Shown piece after piece: positions 1-8,516 of a stretch of DNA of 53,941 nucleotides (its first letter is position 1; each line of letters opens with the position of its first letter). The translations under genes were made by a program, and so were the position numbers. Origin of the DNA: Pseudobdellovibrionaceae bacterium. GTDB taxonomy: Bacteria; Bdellovibrionota; Bdellovibrionia; Bdellovibrionales; Bdellovibrionaceae. The notes beneath the pieces are model-generated. The model ran no database searches. It was not told the DNA's origin and saw only the letters and a program-made list of their open reading frames with translations. The DNA lies in contig JBGGMM010000068.1 of the NCBI GenBank assembly GCA_041288045.1, positions 1-53,941 on the forward strand. The letters run 5' to 3'.

Positions 1-1
1 A

Positions 2-466
2 AGAGAAAAAGAGCAAAATTTCGGAAGCCATTCTTGCCAAAGACAAATGCACCGAGGAGTTGGTGACAGTCCACAGGGATTCTGCTGCCAGAGATCCAGT
101 TTGAGAATTTCGTTGATAGGTTTGCAGTGAGCTTCCATTGGCGTCGACAGCAAGAAATTTTTGAGTGATCGAATCGCTCGCCATCCAACCCACGGCGGTT
201 CCAGGAAAAGAGATTTCGCCTTGATCGCTGAGGGCTTCAGAAATCGGATCCCAGGAAAACTTGCGAATCCGGTTTTTGCCGCCAAGGTATAAATCCGTGC
301 GGATCCATTTGGAGCTTGAATCTCCAGTTTGAGAGCCTAAAGAGGCGGACTCAGAAAGAGGAATCTCTTCCAGTTGAAATCCCTGACTGCAGTTCTGAAA
401 GACAAACATCAGCGCAGCGAGAGAGAAAATGCTGACCCAAGCTTTCAAACGAGCTCTCCTTTTCAT
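2..466 (-). CDS. FQNC-type lipoprotein, partial (runs off window start)
   Basis: Manual translation from ATG at 466: MKRRARLKAWVSIFSLAALMFVFQNCSQGFQLEE..., open to the window edge. Basic N-terminus, hydrophobic stretch, FQNC. Confidence 0.75.
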   Translation of the reverse strand, partial: MKRRARLKAWVSIFSLAALMFVFQNCSQGFQLEEIPLSESASLGSQTGDSSSKWIRTDLYLGGKNRIRKFSWDPISEALSDQGEISFPGTAVGWMASDSITQKFLAVDANGSSLQTYQRNSQTGSLAAESLWTVTNSSVHLSLARMASEILLFFS

Positions 467-618
467 GCAAATCTTATCGGTTGATCGCTTTGGAAAAATC
501 AGTCTGATTCTCAAAATGAGATAAACTTTGACAGAATCAGACTGGACCCGCTTTGTCTTTCATTCAAACGTTGGTCGAGGCCCAAAGCCAGGGTTTCCCT
601 TTTTCAATTCGAGGTTTC

Positions 619-1563
619 ATGATGTGGAAAGGAGAATTTTCCTTCATGCGAAACCACATTCAAATGCTGAACTTCTGTGCTCGGTTCTTTCTTTCGATTT
701 TGACTGGGATCCTTATTTTTGCCCCAGACCTGCAAGCGCAGGATTTGGATCCACTGACTGGAGTGCGAGTTTCTTTGGCCAGCACTCAGGCTTTGTTGGC
801 AGTCCCGCCACTTCCCTCACTCGAGACTGAGGGGCGCTCGACTTTTTCAGTTTCAGGTTCTTATTTGAAAGCTTCCACAGCTGTGGTTTTGGATGAAACT
901 CTTTATTATGATGGCAAATTTGAAGGGGCTGCTTTCGGTATTGGATACACCTCTCGCTCTTTTGGGCGCTTGAATTATTTTTGGATGTTGGTGGCCAATC
1001 ATCTCTCCGGAAGTATCGACGTCAATCAAGCCGATGGCACGACGCTTGGGACTTTGAAAGACATTTCCACTCAGGGTTATTCCGGAGCCGGCGGAGCCAG
1101 TTACCGATTTATCGGCGACAATAAATCGCCATTTGCAGCTGGGTTTTTCTTTGGCCCGGCATTTATGTATTTTAAAAATGAATTTAAACTTCAGGTTCAA
1201 CAGAGCGGAGTGCAAGCTGCGGAAGTTCCTGTCTACAGTTCAAGCCCATTGATTCTCGGCGCACTCGGGGGACTTCAGCTCAAACTGCGTTTGGGAAATT
1301 TGTTGATTATTCCCTATGGATTGTATGTCAGCGAACTTTCTGAAAAATGCAAAAGCTACTCCTCAACAAATAATGACACGAGCTTGGATTGCGAAGGCAC
1401 TCCTGGAAAAATCAATATGCCAGGCTCTTTCGCGGCTTTTGGTTTGAATCTTGGCTATAAAGCGATTCGCCTGAATGCCTATTCTAGCACCTCCAATGAC
1501 CCCACCATGAAGAATATCAAGGTCAATCAGTACCAGCTGTCCTATGCCTGGGGTCTTGATTAG
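619..1563 (+). CDS. Exported protein, probable outer-membrane beta-barrel
   Basis: Long ORF with signal-like segment (…ILIFAPDLQA-Q), Gly/aromatic alternating strands, C-terminus YQLSYAWGLD. Start at 619 or 646 (GAGG/GGAG upstream of each). Confidence 0.55.
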   Translation: MMWKGEFSFMRNHIQMLNFCARFFLSILTGILIFAPDLQAQDLDPLTGVRVSLASTQALLAVPPLPSLETEGRSTFSVSGSYLKASTAVVLDETLYYDGKFEGAAFGIGYTSRSFGRLNYFWMLVANHLSGSIDVNQADGTTLGTLKDISTQGYSGAGGASYRFIGDNKSPFAAGFFFGPAFMYFKNEFKLQVQQSGVQAAEVPVYSSSPLILGALGGLQLKLRLGNLLIIPYGLYVSELSEKCKSYSSTNNDTSLDCEGTPGKINMPGSFAAFGLNLGYKAIRLNAYSSTSNDPTMKNIKVNQYQLSYAWGLD

Positions 1564-1586
1564 ATTCCTAGGGCGAAGGATCCGCT

Positions 1587-2732
1587 TCAAAGGTTCTCAA
1601 TTTTTGATAAAGACTTGTCCATAAGATCTTTGAGAGTTTCAAATTGGGGATCGTCCTTCAGTATGAGCAAAGCGGCTTCGATTTGTGATTTCTTTGAGAG
1701 AAAGCTTTGCTGGATTTTGTGCTGAGTGGCTTTGTCCACAACATCATAAGTGATTTGATTGATTGGCAATGGATAACTGATACCACTGACAAAGCCGGAA
1801 AGACTGAAGTCTTGCATCAGAACGAACCATTTCTTTTCGGATGTTTCAATGATTTTGGTATTCCAAAGATTGCTGGAGTCACTGTCGCTTCGAGTGTGAT
1901 GGGGATTCATTTTGATAAACCAATCGAAATTGCCCACAAGAAATTGAAAGAGGGCGGCCCGAGCGATGTCTTCCTTGTCGAGCTGAGGCGATTCGGAGAC
2001 GCTTTGGAACTGAAACTGAGAGGCGATTTCTGGCTTCCGAGAAATCTCAAAATCTTTCATTGGTGAATTGGCGCCTTTGATTTCTTTGACTTGTGAGCGT
2101 CGCCGAAAATCCGCCATATCTTCCAAGAAAAAAGCTTGATAGAAAAAATCCTTCTGAATCATAACTTTTGTGTCTCGCCCCAGATCTGTATATTGAATGA
2201 AAACAGGACGAGCTTTCAAAGTTGGAATGGATAAGATTTCCATCAATCGGTAAATAAAAGCTTCTCGGTGATTGTTGAAAGAAGCTCGAAAATAAGTTTC
2301 GACACTTTCGTCGTTAGCTTCAGCGCAGTGAGTGTTGAGGTCGACAGTTTTGGTGCCCGCAAACAGGGTGTTGGCAGTTTTTGTGTCATCGAATTTCAAT
2401 TCCAATTTTGGAAAAGGACAGTAAACAAGGCTGGAAAATCCCTTCAAATGGATTTTCACTGGTATTTCAATCATCCGATGATTGGAAGCCTCATAGGCGA
2501 TCACACCATCCACTGATTTTTTCTTCGCTGTGTACCCCTCCTTCTTGTAAGAGAAAAGTTGCGACAGGGGAGCCGTCAGACGCAGACGAAGGGATTCGTT
2601 GGAAGAAAAAAGAGAACCATTGGCCGGCGGTGCGAGGGGAGGCGAAAGAGCTGGCTGCCTTTGCGCTCCCAAAGATTGTAAAGAAATGAAAAGAGTGGCT
2701 GCAAAAATGATTTTTTGAAATCTGAAATCCAT
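1587..2732 (-). CDS. Secreted CotH-like/atypical kinase-fold protein
   Basis: Signal peptide MDFRFQKIIFAATLFISLQSLGA. Motifs KIHLKG..CPFPKL, REAFIYRL, FFLED, LVGNFDW..N, QDFSLSG. The ORF-track extension to 2912 overlaps the neighbouring gene. Confidence 0.55.
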   Translation of the reverse strand: MDFRFQKIIFAATLFISLQSLGAQRQPALSPPLAPPANGSLFSSNESLRLRLTAPLSQLFSYKKEGYTAKKKSVDGVIAYEASNHRMIEIPVKIHLKGFSSLVYCPFPKLELKFDDTKTANTLFAGTKTVDLNTHCAEANDESVETYFRASFNNHREAFIYRLMEILSIPTLKARPVFIQYTDLGRDTKVMIQKDFFYQAFFLEDMADFRRRSQVKEIKGANSPMKDFEISRKPEIASQFQFQSVSESPQLDKEDIARAALFQFLVGNFDWFIKMNPHHTRSDSDSSNLWNTKIIETSEKKWFVLMQDFSLSGFVSGISYPLPINQITYDVVDKATQHKIQQSFLSKKSQIEAALLILKDDPQFETLKDLMDKSLSKIENL

Positions 2733-2740
2733 CTGGTTTC

Positions 2741-3394
2741 CTAAAACAAATACCCAATATGGAAATCCAAGGCCAGGCCTGTGAGAGTTTGTGTTTTGAC
2801 TCGGCCGATTTCTGAGCCGGTGCTGTCTTGGACGACGACTTCTGGTTCTTGGATCATGCGGACGCCGGCGCCTGCTAAGAGGCGGAGGTTGGGATAGGAT
2901 TTGCTGAACCATTGATAGCCGCCAGTCAATCGAGCTTGAGGCGAAGATGTTGAGCCCTGAAGCTGCATCTCTCCGAAATTTTTAATCGAAGCCCCTGTGT
3001 ATCCAATGGCTGGATTGATATAGAAACCATTGCTCAAGAGATTTCCAGTCAACATGATATTGGAGCCGATGTTGACTTCATAGGAAGACCATCGGTAGCT
3101 GGTGCTGGAGCTTTTGGAATCCGAGCTTTCCGTCTCGGCCTCATGTTCGGCAATGTAAACGCCGTTGAGACCCGCTGACACTCGGTCCGTCACAAAGTAT
3201 TCGGCTTTGGCTCCAATGCCGCCGACCAAAAGCCAAATCGGCTCCACACTTAAGCTCATGGAAGGTTTGTTCTCTTTTTGATAGCTGGTTCGCAATGAAT
3301 TTTTCTCAGCTGCCATCGAGCTGAAACCAATGGCCAGGGTCAATAAACACACTAGGGGAGAGTAAGCTTGCTTCAGTTTCACAATAAACCTCAT
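2741..3394 (-). CDS. Outer-membrane beta-barrel protein (DUF3575-like)
   Basis: Signal peptide, amphipathic beta strands, C-terminal Phe BAM-type motif LDFHIGYLF. Confidence 0.65.
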   Translation of the reverse strand: MRFIVKLKQAYSPLVCLLTLAIGFSSMAAEKNSLRTSYQKENKPSMSLSVEPIWLLVGGIGAKAEYFVTDRVSAGLNGVYIAEHEAETESSDSKSSSTSYRWSSYEVNIGSNIMLTGNLLSNGFYINPAIGYTGASIKNFGEMQLQGSTSSPQARLTGGYQWFSKSYPNLRLLAGAGVRMIQEPEVVVQDSTGSEIGRVKTQTLTGLALDFHIGYLF

Positions 3395-3653
3395 TTCAGT
3401 GGGTAGGATTCATCGGCTTTGTTTCAATGTTAGTGCCGCGAATTCCTTCGTTTAAACTGCGAACAAGTGGATTTTGCTGACAAACTTTTCGACGAGCTCC
3501 CTTTTTTGAGTTCAGCCATTTTGCTGAAAGTGGCAAAAAACGGCCCCTCGCATGGACTTCAGGCAGTTCAAGTCTCTGTAACCCAAATGAAAGCTCCTCC
3601 GGCAAGAATGTGCTTTGCAAAGCCATTCCTCGAAACAAAAATAAGGAACGACT

Positions 3654-4838
3654 ATGAAACTGAATCAAATGTTTATTTTCGCAATCCTGGCCGTCGTGGG
3701 CCCGATTTCGCCTTCATCTGTTCTAGCGGATGAGGAAGTCATTCCTGAGCAGAGAAAACAATTGCTCAAAAATGCGGTGGTCTGGCAGCAGCCGGTCGAA
3801 GAAAAAACCGGAAAAACCATGGATCTTTTTGGCGGCCCAGAAACCACCAAGAAGCTGCAGTTCGGTCAAAAAATCGAGTGCGATTTCGTTTTCGATGTCT
3901 TCGACGGAGGCTACAGCCCGAAATTCAAATGCCAGCTTGGCGATAAAAAAGTCAAAATCAAATATTACAATGGCAACAACCGTGAGCTCTTCTCTGAAGT
4001 GATCGCCGGTCGTCTTTTTTGGGCTCTCGGTTTCGGCACGGACCAAAACTATATGGCCGAAGTCCATTGCCGCAATTGTCCCCACGACGATCCCTTCCGC
4101 TGGGTGGATCCTCGAACGAAGGAATCCAATTCAGGAATCTTCAAGCGAGATTTGGAGGACGGCCTGAAAGCCGAAGATCTGAAAGCCAAATACATCAACA
4201 CCGAAAATTTCCAAGGCACTCGGGTCTTTCCTTTCGCTGTGGTTGAAGCCAAATTTGAGGGAAAAGAAGTCGGCCTTTGGGGCTGGGATGAAATTTCCAA
4301 AAATTCCAACCGCAAACATGTCGATGCCTTAAAGCTTCTCGTCGCTCTTTTGCAGCACGCAGATAATGCCGACAAACAAAACCTTTTGGTCTGCAAGAAA
4401 GAAAATCTGATCAAGGCCGGCGATGGCACCGTCATTGGTTGCAAACAAGCCCACGCCTATGTTCAGGATCTCGGCGGAACCTTCGGTGGAGGCGGACCCA
4501 AAATCAGTGTCGGCGGAGCTGCCAATTACAATGAGTGGCAATCCATCCCTGTGTGGAATGACCGTGGACAATGCGAAATCTATCTGATTCCCGCCGGCAC
4601 TCCATCGTCGTCGCAGCTCAGAACCAGCAAGATCTCAAAAGCCGGTCGTGATTTTCTCTTGTCGCGCTTAGAGCCCTTGGCGCAAAAGCCAGGAGCTTTT
4701 GAAGCCATGTTCAAAGCGGCAGGAATGGATCACGGCGGAAACCACCCAGACAACAGATCCGCCGCCGAATGGGCCTTTCTATTGCGAGCCAAAATTTTGG
4801 ATCTGAAAGACGCCTGCGATGGTTCGAGCAATCTTTAG
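3654..4838 (+). CDS. Secreted atypical kinase-fold (HipA/PI3K/CotH-like) hypothetical protein
   Basis: Signal peptide to VLA-D, AAGGA SD. GGYSPKF, KVKIKY, SEVIAGRLFWALG, HADN..QN and QDLGGTFG resemble the Gly-loop, Lys, alphaC-Glu, catalytic and DxG elements. Confidence 0.5.
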   Translation: MKLNQMFIFAILAVVGPISPSSVLADEEVIPEQRKQLLKNAVVWQQPVEEKTGKTMDLFGGPETTKKLQFGQKIECDFVFDVFDGGYSPKFKCQLGDKKVKIKYYNGNNRELFSEVIAGRLFWALGFGTDQNYMAEVHCRNCPHDDPFRWVDPRTKESNSGIFKRDLEDGLKAEDLKAKYINTENFQGTRVFPFAVVEAKFEGKEVGLWGWDEISKNSNRKHVDALKLLVALLQHADNADKQNLLVCKKENLIKAGDGTVIGCKQAHAYVQDLGGTFGGGGPKISVGGAANYNEWQSIPVWNDRGQCEIYLIPAGTPSSSQLRTSKISKAGRDFLLSRLEPLAQKPGAFEAMFKAAGMDHGGNHPDNRSAAEWAFLLRAKILDLKDACDGSSNL

Positions 4839-5051
4839 CGAATCGAATTGCAGAAATAGGATCGTGACCAAACTTCTGGATCAAAGATTGGCGATAGAAT
4901 GGACGACTGCTAAGAGTCCTCTCATAATTTATAATTTCCTAAGTAATTCAATTGCTTGTCTGTTTTTTTGACAATAAGTTTTAAAAATTTGTAAACAAAT
5001 GAGATTTTGTGATTTTGAATGTCTTGATCTGAGGCAAAAAATCAATCCTGT

Positions 5052-5064
5052 TATCAAGAGCTTA
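5052..5064 (+). promoter_or_regulatory. IHF-binding site
   Basis: TATCAAGAGCTTA is an exact match to WATCAANNNNTTR, in AT-rich DNA just upstream of a sigma54-type element. Confidence 0.45.
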
Positions 5065-5086
5065 TAAAATTGATCCATTCCTCCCA

Positions 5087-5102
5087 TGGCGACGCCTTTG
5101 CA
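5087..5102 (+). promoter_or_regulatory. sigma54 (-24/-12) promoter of GH16 gene
   Basis: TGGCGACGCCTTTGCA has GG and GC at canonical spacing, 60 bp upstream of the ATG. Confidence 0.6.
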
Positions 5103-5161
5103 TTACATCTCCCAGTGGGGATTTTTTTCTATTTTTAAGAAAAGCGAACTTCGGGGGAAGC

Positions 5162-7018
5162 ATGGACCGGGTATTTAGTTTATTTCTTTTTGCGCTAGCA
5201 ATGCCATTTGCGACGCAGGCTCAGCAGGCGAATCAGCCGATGCGTCCGCTCGATGGAACAGCTTGGATCATGACCTTCGAAGACAATTTTAATGGAACAA
5301 CGCTGGATACAACGAAATGGACCGCAAGAAAACCAACAGCTTCTAGCCAGCGTTACCGTCCTGATTTTGTCAGCGTGAGCAATGGAAATCTCGTTCTTAA
5401 AATTGATCGCGATTCGACAAGTCCGAATGGTTATCGAGCGGCTGCGGTTGATACCACGAAGGGTCTTGGCAATATGGATAATAAATTTGATCAGCTCTAC
5501 GGCTTTTTTGAAGCCCGAGCCATGGTGCCGCCCACCAATCAAACCCTGTTTGCATTTTGGATGCACAATTGGCCAGGCATGGGCAATGTCGATGGAACAG
5601 GTCGTGATGGTACAGAGATTGATGTGGTTGAATCCGCGTATAGAAGTGATCTCACACAAAGCACTCTTCACATCGATGGTTATGGTGCCGACCATAAGGT
5701 CATTACCAACGGTCCTCAGCCAGCAACCAACATCCACGTGGGTTACCACGTTTATGGCGTTGAATGGGATCGGGATAATTTAAAATTTTATTACGATGGA
5801 AAATTAACTTGGCATTACCAAGGTGTCGCTGTTCCTTGGGTCAAAGAATTTATGCTTTTATCGACGGAAGCTTTGATTGGATTTGGTGAAGGCAATATCT
5901 CTCAAGCTCAACTTCCTTATTACGCCCATGTGGATTATGTCCGTGTTTGGAAAAAAGGGACATCCACATCTTCTGGGGGCTCGACTGGTGGCTCAACGAC
6001 AGCTGATGGTCAAACTTTTAAGCCCACGGATGATTCCTATGTGCGCGATGGTATTTATTCAGGCAATAACTTCGGCAGTGAAACAACGATGATGGTTAAA
6101 TCTGATGTGGCTAATAACAGCCGTCAGGCTTTTTTGAAATTCAATTTTGCAGGATACAAAGGATCGGTTCCTGCAAAACAGATTAAGCTTCGATTGTTCG
6201 TGAGCAATGTCAACATCGATCCAATAAGAACAATAAAGGTCTATGGGACCTATGAAAACTGGTCGCAATCAACGATCAATAGCAACAATGATCCAGCAAT
6301 CACAACCTTTCTGGGATCATTCAATGTGACTAATTCTATGGCTGGAAAGTGGGTTGAACTGGATGTCACAAATAGCGTCAACAGCCAGATGGGCGATAAG
6401 ATCATCTCTTTCAAACTTGTGAATGAAGGTGGGGCAAGTCTGACGAACAATGTCAGCTTTAATGCCAAAGAGGCTTCATCCAATCAGCCAGAATTAGTGA
6501 TTATCTCGAATCCACTCACTTTTATTGCCAGTGCTGATGCTTATGTCAGAAAGGGAATTTACGCGAATAACAATTACGGTGGCGAAGCCCTTTTGACAGT
6601 GAAGAGCAGTGCGAATCAGCCCAATGATTCATATAAATCTTATTTGCGATTCAATTATACAACTTACAGTGCACCCAGTATTTCATCTGCAAAATTGAAA
6701 TTAACTGTCTCAAGTGTGGGGACAGATGCAAGCCGTACACTAAGGGTTTACGGAGTCAAAAATGAAAGCTGGTCTGAGCTTGGGATCAATTGGAGCAATG
6801 CCCCACTGGATGCAACTTATCTAGGCTCCATCACGGTCAGTTCAGCGGCTGGAGCCAGTTACCAATTTGATGTCACAAACTACATCAAACAGCATACAGA
6901 CAAAATAGTGTCCTTTGCGATTACAAATGAAGGAGTGACAACATTGCAAAACATCGTGTCTTTCCATTCGAAGAATTCAAGCTCCAGCAGTAAACCGCAA
7001 TTGATCCTTGCTCCCTGA
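5162..7018 (+). CDS. Secreted GH16 glycoside hydrolase with two C-terminal DNRLRE/CBM96-like modules
   Basis: Signal peptide, FEDNFNG, YGFFEAR, catalytic EIDVVE, HVYGVEW, VDYVRVW, Ser/Gly/Thr linker. Two D[SA]YVR..G..NN[FY]G…[FY]L[KR]F…W.E..I.W…F..K….P.L modules. Confidence 0.85.
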   Translation: MDRVFSLFLFALAMPFATQAQQANQPMRPLDGTAWIMTFEDNFNGTTLDTTKWTARKPTASSQRYRPDFVSVSNGNLVLKIDRDSTSPNGYRAAAVDTTKGLGNMDNKFDQLYGFFEARAMVPPTNQTLFAFWMHNWPGMGNVDGTGRDGTEIDVVESAYRSDLTQSTLHIDGYGADHKVITNGPQPATNIHVGYHVYGVEWDRDNLKFYYDGKLTWHYQGVAVPWVKEFMLLSTEALIGFGEGNISQAQLPYYAHVDYVRVWKKGTSTSSGGSTGGSTTADGQTFKPTDDSYVRDGIYSGNNFGSETTMMVKSDVANNSRQAFLKFNFAGYKGSVPAKQIKLRLFVSNVNIDPIRTIKVYGTYENWSQSTINSNNDPAITTFLGSFNVTNSMAGKWVELDVTNSVNSQMGDKIISFKLVNEGGASLTNNVSFNAKEASSNQPELVIISNPLTFIASADAYVRKGIYANNNYGGEALLTVKSSANQPNDSYKSYLRFNYTTYSAPSISSAKLKLTVSSVGTDASRTLRVYGVKNESWSELGINWSNAPLDATYLGSITVSSAAGASYQFDVTNYIKQHTDKIVSFAITNEGVTTLQNIVSFHSKNSSSSSKPQLILAP

Positions 7019-7216
7019 TTCGAAAAGGAAAAAACTCTTGGCCCTGCCTTGGCGATGACTGCTCATTTAGACTATTCAAGATCTGACTTCATCGCCAAGT
7101 TCATCTCGTGCAACATAATTTCCTTAAATGAAACTTTTCCACTAGGAACCTTTTGCCTCCAAAGTTGCCGATTCGATGCTTGCAATCTTTGATATTCACC
7201 AAAAATGGGGGCCAGT

Positions 7217-7516
7217 ATGACACTTTTAAGATTTTTTACGGTTTTAATTTTTTCAGTTCTATCTAGTGTTGCGATGGCTAGCGGTTATCAGCAAGGTTGC
7301 TGGGAAACAGGTTGCGATGATTTTTACGTCTCTAGCGGCTATCAGCTTGGCTGTTGGGATACGGGCTGCGATGACTTCTATATCTCGAATGGCTACAATC
7401 TCGTTTGTGATTCAAAGGGCTGCGAAACCAAATACGGAGTGGCATCAAACATTCGTGATCCTGCACATTACAGAACCTGGTATCCCTACAGCAATTTTCT
7501 AATTTCGATTTTCTAA
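7217..7516 (+). CDS. Small secreted Cys-rich protein with three 18-aa repeats
   Basis: GGGGG SD, signal peptide to AMA, repeats SGYQxGCWxTGCDDFY with mostly synonymous nucleotide differences. Alternative start 7205. Confidence 0.75.
   Translation: MTLLRFFTVLIFSVLSSVAMASGYQQGCWETGCDDFYVSSGYQLGCWDTGCDDFYISNGYNLVCDSKGCETKYGVASNIRDPAHYRTWYPYSNFLISIF
7277..7438 (+). repeat. 3 x 54-nt intragenic tandem repeat
   Basis: gctagcggttatcagcaaggttgctggg… / tctagcggctatcagcttggctgttggg… / tcgaatggctacaatctcgtttgtg…. Confidence 0.8.
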
Positions 7517-7534
7517 TTTTGCGAAAGCAAAATT
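7515..7534. terminator. Hairpin between small ORF and tRNA-Cys (possible bidirectional terminator)
   Basis: AATTTTGC-GAAA-GCAAAATT. Confidence 0.5.
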
Positions 7535-7608
7535 TGGAGGTGGCGGACGGAATTGAACCGACGTACGCGGTTTTGCAGACCGCTGCCTAACCACTTGGCT
7601 ACGCCACC
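7535..7608 (-). tRNA. tRNA-Cys(GCA)
   Basis: Reverse complement GGTGGCGTAGCCAAGTGGTTAGGCAGCGGTCTGCAAAACCGC…GTTCAATTCCGTCCGCCACCTCCA. Cloverleaf, GCA anticodon, encoded CCA. Confidence 0.97.
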
Positions 7609-7656
7609 CCTTTGGTTAGATTGGAAAGAAAAAATTAACTGCGGGTGCCTACGAAG

Positions 7657-8382
7657 TCAAAGAGAATCCATGGCGGAAGCGGGGCTGTATGGGATCTCTG
7701 GATCGCTTTCTCGGAGCTGATAAATCCATTGGCCATCAGGTTCTTTCGCTGTCCAGCTTAAGATCACACCATGAAAAGGATGGCCGGGCTGGTTAAAATA
7801 GCGAGGACCCTGCGAGCTCCACACTTGAAATGTCGAATAGGATTTTCCCGCAGCGGTGTAAGTCTGCGCTTCAAAGTGCACGGGTTGGGTTGAGCCATAC
7901 AGATAATCATAAATCGATTTGAGATCCGATTTGCTCACATGGCCGCCATTCACCAATTTGTCTTCTCTCACCACGCCGTCATGCAAATTGAAATTGATTT
8001 GCCGTTCTTTGTTTTTTTGAAATTTGCTGCAATCGGCAGGTTCATTGTCTTCTTTGGGACCCGTGGGTGTGGAGTAATGGCCAAGGATGAGATGCGAAGT
8101 TTCGCCGGGATCGACATCAACAAAAGTCCAAACCACACATTCTTTTTTCTTTTTCGAATTTGAGGTTTTTTCCGTTCTCTCCCAAACAATGACCTGACCC
8201 TTTTTGAACTGCTTCACATCATAGGGAGTCGGAGTTCCGACCGGCTTTTCCGAACCGTCGTGATCGCCTCCGCCACCGCCATCTTTGCCGGATTTAATCT
8301 TGAGGTCTTGGGGATTGTTGCCACAACTTGTAAAAAGCAACAGACAAGTAAGAAGAAATGTAAGTTGGATTCGTTTCGTCAT
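7657..8382 (-). CDS. Hypothetical lipoprotein
   Basis: Lipobox LLFTSC followed by a Gly-rich linker, 241 aa. Confidence 0.75.
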   Translation of the reverse strand: MTKRIQLTFLLTCLLLFTSCGNNPQDLKIKSGKDGGGGGDHDGSEKPVGTPTPYDVKQFKKGQVIVWERTEKTSNSKKKKECVVWTFVDVDPGETSHLILGHYSTPTGPKEDNEPADCSKFQKNKERQINFNLHDGVVREDKLVNGGHVSKSDLKSIYDYLYGSTQPVHFEAQTYTAAGKSYSTFQVWSSQGPRYFNQPGHPFHGVILSWTAKEPDGQWIYQLRESDPEIPYSPASAMDSL

Positions 8383-8516
8383 GCTCTGAACATAAGCATG
8401 AATTTGTCATTTTGACGACTTCAATTGCCACGCGTTACAAGAGGGAATCTTTTAACTTGAGAGGGGCTCAGGGGTTTCAAGTAGTCTTCTTTCCGTCAAC
8501 TCATGAAGGAGGACCT

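Noticed and set aside
2733..2912. Arg-rich N-terminal extension of the 441-aa ORF
   Set aside because: Out-of-frame overlap with the OM barrel gene. The signal peptide begins at ATG 2732.
7048..7099. 11-bp inverted repeat CTTGGCGATGA…TCATCGCCAAG as MITE ends
   Set aside because: Single occurrence with no target-site duplication seen. More simply a 3' stem downstream of the GH16 gene.
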